Of a DNA stretch of 64,000 bases, positions 57,417-64,000 are shown in pieces. The stretch's first letter is position 1. Each line of letters opens with the position of its first letter. The stretch is from assembly GCA_964344355.1 (NCBI GenBank), contig CAYFNE010000019.1, forward strand, positions 166-64,165, in the 5' to 3' direction. Below the pieces are notes generated by a model that did not search any database, was not told where the DNA came from, and saw only the letters and a list, made by a program, of their open reading frames with translations. Position numbers and translations under genes: made by a program. The DNA comes from an uncultured Magnetococcales bacterium. GTDB lineage: Bacteria; Pseudomonadota; Magnetococcia; Magnetococcales; CAYFNE01.

Positions 57417-57581
57417 ATGATGAATAATTTTTCAGTCCGGTTTTCGGAAGAGGGATACTCCGTTCACTTTCAAGATGTTACAGTCATGGACGGCCTCACC
57501 AGAATCGAAGCCAGGGAGGCCGCCAAGCTGTTGGAGGAGCGGTGGCTCTTATCGGAAGGCAACAATCTGACACACGGTTGA
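57417..57581 (+). CDS. small hypothetical protein (54 aa)
   Basis: MMNNFSVRFSEEGYSVHFQDVTV... is preceded by a GGAGAA RBS. Short, with no homology recognised. Confidence 0.3.
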   Translation: MMNNFSVRFSEEGYSVHFQDVTVMDGLTRIEAREAAKLLEERWLLSEGNNLTHG

Positions 57582-57635
57582 GGCCGGTGTCGAAAGGCTG
57601 AACGACGATAAACGCCTTCTCGTCGATCCCCCCGG

Positions 57636-58136
57636 TCAGGCCGGGATGAACTTCAAAGCCAATCCGTTGTTGCACCACCGTTTGTGGGTGGGCGGCGGTC
57701 CATCATCGAACACATGTCCCTGATGGCCGCCGCAACGGGCACAATGATACTCCGTTCGTGGATAGATCAACCGGTAGTCGGTCTTGGTTTGCAGATGGCC
57801 GGGGATGGCTTCGAAAAAGCTCGGCCAACCGGTGCCGCTGTCATATTTCATCGCCGAGGTGAACAGATCGAGATCACAACCGGCGCACACATAGAGACCT
57901 TTTCGTTTTTCCTCGTTCAATGGGCTGCTGAACGCTCGTTCCGTCCCTTCCTGACGCAAAATATGATATTGCGCCGGTGTCAACCGTGCCTGCCACTCCC
58001 GCGGCGTCCGCTCGATGCGGATGATTTTTCCACCGCGGCCGTTTTCCGCATGGCTCCGTCCGATGATGGCGCTGGCGGCCAAGATCGTTGATCCCCCCAG
58101 TGTCACCGCTCCCAGTATGAATTGACGTCGATTCAT
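57636..58136 (-). CDS. msrB: peptide-methionine (R)-S-oxide reductase MsrB with twin-arginine signal peptide
   Basis: Start MNRRQFILGAVTLGGSTILAASA. Zinc CxxC pairs (CAGCDLDLF, CARCGGHQGHVFDDGP). Catalytic region RWCNNG. Confidence 0.88.
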   Translation of the reverse strand: MNRRQFILGAVTLGGSTILAASAIIGRSHAENGRGGKIIRIERTPREWQARLTPAQYHILRQEGTERAFSSPLNEEKRKGLYVCAGCDLDLFTSAMKYDSGTGWPSFFEAIPGHLQTKTDYRLIYPRTEYHCARCGGHQGHVFDDGPPPTHKRWCNNGLALKFIPA

Positions 58137-58214
58137 CGTCTGCTCCGTGTAATAGAGTGCCATTTATCCAATGTTTGTTTGGATATATCCGTCGGGGTTT
58201 GGTTCCCGGGGCGA

Positions 58215-60509
58215 CTATTTCAGTTTTGCGAAGGCCTCGGCCATGGCAGTGCTCGCTTTGGGGGCGGTTGGTTTTTTCCGGGAGGTTCGGGCTTGGGAGG
58301 AGGGGGGTGGCTTTTTATTGCCCGGAGTGGCTGGATCATCATCCAGGCGCATGCTCAGGGCGATGCGCCGGCGGTCGACATCCACCGACATCACCCGCAC
58401 CGTCACCACCGCCCCGGTACGGGTGATATCATGGGGGTTTTTGACGAAACGGTCGGCCATGGCGGAAATGTGGACCAGACCATCCTGATGGACGCCGATA
58501 TCGACGAAGGCGCCAAAATTGGTGACGTTGCTCACCACCCCTTCCAGGACCATGCCCGGTTGCAGATCGGTTATTTTTTCCACCCCTTCCTGAAAGCTGG
58601 CGGTGCGGAAGGCGGGTCGGGGGTCACGGCCCGGTTTTTCCAATTCGGCGAAGATATCGCGCACCGTCGGTTCACCGAAACGGTCATCGATGAAATCGGT
58701 GACCCGCAAGGTGCGCAATACGGCCTGGTTGCCGATCAACCCGTTCAGGTCCAGACCGGTTTTTTTCAGGATGCGTTGCACCAGCGGGTAGGCCTCCGGG
58801 TGGACGGCGGAGCGGTCCAGGGGGGTGTCGCCATTTTGAATGCGTAAAAATCCCGCTGCCAGTTCGAAGGTTTTGGCGCCGAAACGGGGGACCCGGTTGA
58901 GGGTTTTGCGATTGGGGTAGGGGCCGTTTTCATTGCGGTAGGCGACGATGTTCGCCGCCAGGGTGGTGTTGAGGCCGGAAACCCGTTCCAATAACGGTGG
59001 CGAGGCGGTGTTGACATCGACGCCGACACCGTTGACGGCATCCTCCACCACCCCGTCCAGGGATTGGGCCAGCTGTTTGGGTGCCACATCGTGTTGATAT
59101 TGGCCGACGCCGATGGATTTCGGGTCGATTTTCACCAGTTCCGCCAACGGATCCTGCAGACGGCGGGCGATGGAAACGGCGCCGCGCAGGGAGACATCCA
59201 ACTCCGGTAGCTCCCGGGCGGCATATTCCGACGCCGAATAGACCGACGCCCCGGCCTCGCTGACCAGTACGCCGGTCAGTTTCAGTTCCGGGTGATTTTT
59301 TTTCAGTTCCGTCACCAGCCGGTCGGTCTCCCGGGAGCCGGTGCCGTTGCCGATGGCGATCAGATGAACCTGTGCTTTTTTGGCCAGGTCGGCGATGGTT
59401 TTTTGCGCCTCCCGCCAGCGGTTTTGCGGTGGGTGCGGATAGATGGTGGTGGTGTGCCGCACCCGACCGGTGCCATCCACTACCGCCACCTTGACGCCGG
59501 TGCGCAAACCGGGATCCAGGCCCATCACCGGCACCATGCCGGCCGGGGCGGTGAGGAGCAGATCGCGCAGATTGGCGGAAAACACCCGTACCGCTTCGCT
59601 TTTGGCCTTTTCCGCAAGCTGGTTGCTCACATCGCCGTCGAGCTGTGGTTTCAATTTTTTTTGCCAGGCGTGATGCACCGTCTCCAACAACCAGCCATCG
59701 CCGGGCCGTCCCCGATCGTCGATGGAGAGATGGCGGCGAATGAGGATTTCGCACCAGGGGGCCGTTTTGGCGGCGGCCTTCAGGTCCTGGTCATGGACCA
59801 GGCTCAAACGCAGGATTCCCAGATTTTTTCCTCGCAACAGCGCCAATATTCGGTGGGAGGGAAGTTTTTGGAGGGTCTGTTCAAGATTGAAATAGTCGGA
59901 AAATTTTTCGCCTTCGCGTTCCTTGCCCTTGACCGGCTTGGATTGGATGACCCCTTGTCGCCACAGGGTGTCGCGCAACCGGCCGACCAGGGTAGCATCC
60001 TCGGCGATCCGCTCGGCGAGGATGTACCGGGCGCCCTCCAGGGCATCGTCGATTGTCGGAATGCCTTTTTTCACATCGACGAACGACGCCGCCGTCCGTT
60101 CCGGTTCCCGAGTGGGATTTTTCAACAGTTCCAGGGCCAGCGGCTCCAACCCCGCCTCCCGGGCCACGGCGGCCTTGGTGCGGCGTTTGGGGCGATAGGG
60201 CAGATAGAGATCCTCCAGGGCGGTGCGATTTTCCGCCGCGCGGATGGCCGCCTCCAGGGGCGGGGTGAGTTTCTCCTGTTCGCGGATGCTCTTCAGGATC
60301 ACCTCCCGCCGCTCTTCCAACTCGCGCAGGCTGGCCAGCCGTTGTTCCAGGGTACGCAAATGGGTATCGGTCAATCCCCCGGTCGCCTCCTTGCGATAGC
60401 GGGCGATGAACGGCACCGTCGCCCCGTCGTCGAGTAGTTGAATGGCGGAATTGATTTGATCTTCACGGACATCGAGCTCTTCGGCGATACGCTGAGGAAT
60501 GGATTTCAT
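58215..60509 (-). CDS. tex: Tex-like transcription accessory protein (S1 RNA-binding domain)
   Basis: IAEELDVREDQINSAIQLLDDGATVPFIARYRKE, YqgF/HhH regions, and a C-terminal S1 domain (GMVLEGVVSNVTNFGAFVDIG). The track ORF N-terminal extension (to 60680) was rejected. Confidence 0.93.
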   Translation of the reverse strand: MKSIPQRIAEELDVREDQINSAIQLLDDGATVPFIARYRKEATGGLTDTHLRTLEQRLASLRELEERREVILKSIREQEKLTPPLEAAIRAAENRTALEDLYLPYRPKRRTKAAVAREAGLEPLALELLKNPTREPERTAASFVDVKKGIPTIDDALEGARYILAERIAEDATLVGRLRDTLWRQGVIQSKPVKGKEREGEKFSDYFNLEQTLQKLPSHRILALLRGKNLGILRLSLVHDQDLKAAAKTAPWCEILIRRHLSIDDRGRPGDGWLLETVHHAWQKKLKPQLDGDVSNQLAEKAKSEAVRVFSANLRDLLLTAPAGMVPVMGLDPGLRTGVKVAVVDGTGRVRHTTTIYPHPPQNRWREAQKTIADLAKKAQVHLIAIGNGTGSRETDRLVTELKKNHPELKLTGVLVSEAGASVYSASEYAARELPELDVSLRGAVSIARRLQDPLAELVKIDPKSIGVGQYQHDVAPKQLAQSLDGVVEDAVNGVGVDVNTASPPLLERVSGLNTTLAANIVAYRNENGPYPNRKTLNRVPRFGAKTFELAAGFLRIQNGDTPLDRSAVHPEAYPLVQRILKKTGLDLNGLIGNQAVLRTLRVTDFIDDRFGEPTVRDIFAELEKPGRDPRPAFRTASFQEGVEKITDLQPGMVLEGVVSNVTNFGAFVDIGVHQDGLVHISAMADRFVKNPHDITRTGAVVTVRVMSVDVDRRRIALSMRLDDDPATPGNKKPPPSSQARTSRKKPTAPKASTAMAEAFAKLK

Positions 60510-60611
60510 GGTGATCCTGAAAACGGGTAGCGGAAAAAACGGACATCGGCAACCCACGAAATGACCGGTCCGGGCTGGCCACTGGACAACCGGGCATGAA
60601 ACCGCCATGGG

Positions 60612-60687
60612 TATGCCACTGGCCGACCGGTACGATCTTTCGCGCAGGCTTCGACGAGTATAACGGAGAAGAGGACGCAAGAAAAAC
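60612..60687. repeat. decayed duplicate of the hlyD 3' end (left flank of TA cassette)
   Basis: About 62/76 identical, by my hand alignment, to 61561-61636. Read on the minus strand it encodes RPLLRYTRRSLRER, versus the genuine HlyD C-terminus SPLLRYSQQSLRER. Confidence 0.8.
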
Positions 60688-60865
60688 GTGATCAGGTGGC
60701 CTGGGACGGTTTTGTATCCGGTGTCATGTCTCTTGTCTGCCTATCAATGTTGCAAGGAAACTTCGCTTACAGCTCCTTATGGAAAGCAACAATGTGGATC
60801 ATACGGCCGGAGTGGCCCTGTCTTTTCTTGATTTTGTACGTATAAAAGTGTATGTACATCGTATC

Positions 60866-61162
60866 ATGTCTTCACATCTTGACTTCGAGTGGGATCCGCA
60901 AAAAAACAGACGGAACCTGAAAGATCACAAAATCAGCTTTGAAATCGCCAAGCTGGCCTTTGATGATCCGAACCACTTGACCAAGTTTGATCGATGCAAA
61001 GATGGTGAAGAGCGATGGCATACGCTTGGGTATATCGGACCCGTACTGATCATTGTCGTCCATACCTATCGGATGACGAGCAACAAAGAGATCGTTCGTT
61101 TGATATCAGCCAGAAAGGCGACCGCTCATGAAAAAAACCTATACCGAACAGGCACGCGCTGA
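60866..61162 (+). CDS. brnT: BrnT family toxin (DUF497)
   Basis: FEWDPQKNRRNLKDHKISFEIAKLAFDDPN...RLISARKAT. Internal start MSSHLDFEW. Confidence 0.88.
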   Translation: MSSHLDFEWDPQKNRRNLKDHKISFEIAKLAFDDPNHLTKFDRCKDGEERWHTLGYIGPVLIIVVHTYRMTSNKEIVRLISARKATAHEKNLYRTGTR

Positions 61163-61406
61163 ACTGATGGCCCTGGAAGAGATGTCAGAGTCGGATATCA
61201 ATCTGGATGATGTTCCGGAACAGACGGACTGGAGCCATGCGGAAAGAGGAAAGTTTTTCCGACCGATCAAGGAGAAGGTCACCACCCGGATCGATGCCGA
61301 TGTTTTGGCTTGGCTCAAGCGTGATGGGAAGGGGTATCAGACCCGGATCAATGCCATTTTACGCAAAGAGATGCAGCAGCAGGGGGTGGGACCGTCTTCT
61401 TCATGA
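61128..61406 (+). CDS. brnA: BrnA antitoxin
   Basis: The gene overlaps brnT by 35 nt. VTTRIDADVLAWLKRDGKGYQTRINAILR is typical of BrnA. Confidence 0.85.
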   Translation: MKKTYTEQARAELMALEEMSESDINLDDVPEQTDWSHAERGKFFRPIKEKVTTRIDADVLAWLKRDGKGYQTRINAILRKEMQQQGVGPSSS

Positions 61407-61560
61407 TGGTCACCGGGAATTCCGGGGACAGTCCCTTAATCGTTGAGATCCGCTATTGATTTCCTTTAGCCTTCGGTTTTTAATTGGGTTTCAACGAATT
61501 AAGCGACTGTCCCAGGAGTTTGATTAAAGCGGTTTCAGATGGAAAAGAGCCGCCAATATC

Positions 61561-61636
61561 TGTGCCACTGGCCAACCAAAACTATCGTTCGCGCAGGCTT
61601 TGCTGAGAATAGCGGAGAAGGGGACTCAAAAAAAAC
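61561..61636. repeat. right flank copy (genuine hlyD 3' end and downstream sequence)
   Basis: See 60612-60687. Confidence 0.8.
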
Positions 61637-62973
61637 TCGATCAACCGGCGTTGACCGATTTTGATTTCGGTGCTGACGTTCATTCCAGGTGAAAGATTGA
61701 CCGGGTGGTCGTTCACCAGCATGGTGGATTTTTCCATGCGCACCAGCACTTTGAAAGCGAGCCCCAGCTGTTCATGGGGCAGGGCGTCGGCCGATATGCC
61801 GATAATGTGACCGGGAATCACGCCATATTTGGTGAAGGGGAAAGTTTCCAGTTTGATTTCAGCGGTTTGATCGTTTTTCACGAAACCCACATCCTTGTTT
61901 TCCAACCACGCTTCCACCTCAAGGGTATCGTTTCGGGGAACGATCCGCATCAACTCCTGGGCCGGCGTAACCACACCGCCCACCGTATGTACGGCCAAGG
62001 CTTGCACCCGCCCGTCGATCGGCGCATCGAGACGGGTCAGGGTCTGACGTTTGTCGGCTTTCGACAACTCTTTGTTCAAAATGTTGGCATGGGTCCGGGC
62101 TTCCACCAGTTCGGTCAGGAGGTCGCGGTGAAATTCGGACTGGACGGCTTCCCGTTCCCGGGTTGTCAAGGAAAGTTCCGCTGAGATTTCCTGTAGACGG
62201 GCTTCCTGAAATGCCAAATCCCCGGCGATTTCCATGCGTTCCTGTTGAAGCCGCAAATATTCGTTTTGCGGGGCATAATCCTCCTTGGCCAATGTCCGGA
62301 TGGCCTCGCTTCGTTGTGAGATCAGGGGCAGGGTCGATCGCCATTTCTCCACCAGGCGTTGAATGGCGGCTCGTTCCCAGGTTTTGCGGTCGATCTGTCC
62401 GGCCAACACCGCCATTCGTTGCCGGTAGGCGCGTAGTTGCTGTTCAAACAGATGCCGTTGAATCTTGATTTCCTGGGATGGCAGTTCCGACGGAAAGGAG
62501 ATCTCGGCGGGATGTTCCGACCTTTCATCCGCAATCGCTCCGAGCAATGTTTCGACCCGGGTAATCCGCGCCCTGGTGGTTGACAACTCTTCGGCGATGC
62601 GCTGCCGGTTGGCTTGGGCTTCGGTCAGGTCCAGATGGATCAAGGGTTCCCCGGTTTTGACTTCCTGTCCCTCTTTGACGTGAATTTTTCGGATGATGCC
62701 GATTTCGAAAGGTTGGATCACTTTGACCCGGGCATCGGGTACGATACGGCCCTGGGCCACCGCCACCATGTCCACCTGCCCAACGATCGACCAAACCAGG
62801 GCGAAGGAGAAAAACAGGGTGATGGTCAAGGAGACGATCCGGCTCAAGGGGTGGGGGGGACAGTCCAAAACTTCCAGAACGGCGGGTAGAAACTCCGTTT
62901 CGAAGCCGATATGCCGCTCCGTGGTTCTTTGTATCTGGTTTTGATCGGTTTTGCCGGGTACCCGCATATCCAT
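61582..62973 (-). CDS. HlyD family type I secretion periplasmic adaptor subunit
   Basis: N-terminal TM, a long coiled-coil, and a C-terminal beta-barrel ending in LIEFFLSPLLRY. The ATG at 62973 has a GAGGAC RBS. Alternative starts lie at 62991 and 63036. Confidence 0.9.
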   Translation of the reverse strand: MDMRVPGKTDQNQIQRTTERHIGFETEFLPAVLEVLDCPPHPLSRIVSLTITLFFSFALVWSIVGQVDMVAVAQGRIVPDARVKVIQPFEIGIIRKIHVKEGQEVKTGEPLIHLDLTEAQANRQRIAEELSTTRARITRVETLLGAIADERSEHPAEISFPSELPSQEIKIQRHLFEQQLRAYRQRMAVLAGQIDRKTWERAAIQRLVEKWRSTLPLISQRSEAIRTLAKEDYAPQNEYLRLQQERMEIAGDLAFQEARLQEISAELSLTTREREAVQSEFHRDLLTELVEARTHANILNKELSKADKRQTLTRLDAPIDGRVQALAVHTVGGVVTPAQELMRIVPRNDTLEVEAWLENKDVGFVKNDQTAEIKLETFPFTKYGVIPGHIIGISADALPHEQLGLAFKVLVRMEKSTMLVNDHPVNLSPGMNVSTEIKIGQRRLIEFFLSPLLRYSQQSLRER

Positions 62974-62983
62974 GGTTTTGTCC

Positions 62984-64000
62984 TCAACCATTTTTCCCAA
63001 CCGTTTGATGGGTATGCAGGGAGGCGAACCAGCCATTGTTTTTCAACAACTCCTGGTAGCTCCCCTGTTCGGTGATCCGTCCTTGATCGAGTACGATGAT
63101 TCGGTCGCAATGGCGGATGGCGCTCAGGCGATGTGCGATGATCAACACCGTACGTCCCAGGCGCATGGCGGCCATGTTTTCCTGGATGATTCGTTCCGAT
63201 TCATAATCGAGAGCACTGGTGGCCTCATCGAAAATCAATACTCGGGGATTGGTGACCAGGGCACGGGCGATGGCGATTCGTTGGCGTTGACCACCGGAAA
63301 GGTTGCCGCCATGTTCTTCCACCCTTGAGTCATATCCGTGCGGTAGCTCCAAAATGAAATCATGGCAACCGGCCAGTCTGGCCGCCTTTTCCACCGCGGT
63401 CATGGGCAGTCCGGGATTGGCCAGGGCGATGTTTTCCCGGACCGTACGATTGAAGAGATGGTTTTCCTGCAACACCACCCCCACCTGCCGGCGTAGCCAG
63501 GACGGGTCCATTTGCGCCAGGTCCATGCCGTCCATATCGATCCGGCCCCGCTCCGGCAAATAGAGTCGTTGCACGAGTTTGGCCAATGTGCTTTTTCCGG
63601 ATCCGGATCGACCGGCGATACCGATCATTTCTCCCGGATTGATGTACAAATTGATATCGGTCAAAATTTCCGGACCATCGGGACGGTAGCGGAAGACGAT
63701 GTTTTCAAGTTTCAGTTTTCCTTTGATCCGCTCCGGGGTGCTGTGGCTGGGTGTGTGGCTGGGTTCCGTCGGAACATTCAGGATGTCCCCGAGGCGGGCG
63801 ATGGAGACACCGGTCTGCTGGTAGTCCTGCCACAACTGCACCAGTCGTAACACCGGCGTACTCACCCGTCCGGCGATCATGTTGAATGCCACCAGTTGGC
63901 CGACGCTCAGATGGCCATCGATCACCGCATGGGCGCCGACCCAGAGGATCAACAATGTCGTGACTTTATTGATGAAAGCGGCAATCTGGCCGGATATGTT
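62984..64000 (-). CDS. type I secretion system permease/ATPase (HlyB-like ABC transporter), 5' part outside the window
   Basis: Walker [11 protein letters not shown], signature [15 protein letters not shown], and Walker [12 protein letters not shown]. The reading frame stays open to the window edge. Confidence 0.92.
   Translation of the reverse strand, partial: NISGQIAAFINKVTTLLILWVGAHAVIDGHLSVGQLVAFNMIAGRVSTPVLRLVQLWQDYQQTGVSIARLGDILNVPTEPSHTPSHSTPERIKGKLKLENIVFRYRPDGPEILTDINLYINPGEMIGIAGRSGSGKSTLAKLVQRLYLPERGRIDMDGMDLAQMDPSWLRRQVGVVLQENHLFNRTVRENIALANPGLPMTAVEKAARLAGCHDFILELPHGYDSRVEEHGGNLSGGQRQRIAIARALVTNPRVLIFDEATSALDYESERIIQENMAAMRLGRTVLIIAHRLSAIRHCDRIIVLDQGRITEQGSYQELLKNNGWFASLHTHQTVGKNG

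Noticed and set aside
58215-60680. 821-aa version of tex with a 57-aa N-terminal extension
   Set aside because: Tex homologs start at MKSIPQRIAEEL (60509). The extension is read-through into the decayed duplicate of the hlyD 3' end.

Overview
Densely coding, high-GC (about 60% by eye, not computed) proteobacterial chromosome segment. Most of it is housekeeping: trkA-like, leuC-GST-leuD-leuB-asd-fimV (a synteny typical of gamma/beta-proteobacteria), ecfT-like, gloB, xerD, rluD-ubiG, amiC, cobA, an HDAC-family gene, two CNNM/CorC paralogs, ppk2/CHAD, osmC-dsbA-etfBA, DHH phosphoesterase, lipA, srkA, msrB and tex. The window ends inside a type I secretion ABC gene (hlyD/hlyB-like pair).

Items worth a second look:
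1. A three-gene dedicated exosortase module: a VIT-vWA protein with a PEP-CTERM tail, a small exosortase and an EpsI-like protein.
2. Immediately beside it, a cas-less 9-repeat CRISPR array with an AT-rich leader. Array plus leader are bracketed by about 80-bp direct repeats that each carry a CRISPR-repeat fragment.
3. A translationally coupled SNF2 helicase + zinc-ribbon protein pair of unknown role.
4. A low-GC islet encoding a solitary TIR-/deoxyribosyltransferase-like protein.
5. A low-GC accessory island at about 48-53 kb: LuxR + hydrolase, a REPIN-like doublet, a Cys/Ser-rich lipoprotein and an IS66 remnant.
6. A brnT/brnA toxin-antitoxin cassette flanked by a decayed duplicate of the hlyD 3' end.
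7. A tRNA-Ile(GAU)/tRNA-Ala(UGC) pair with no flanking rRNA.
8. An RquA-like methyltransferase.

No cas genes, rRNA genes, integrases or intact transposases are visible. Many long ORFs in the supplied track are antisense or out-of-frame shadow ORFs typical of high-GC DNA and were not called.
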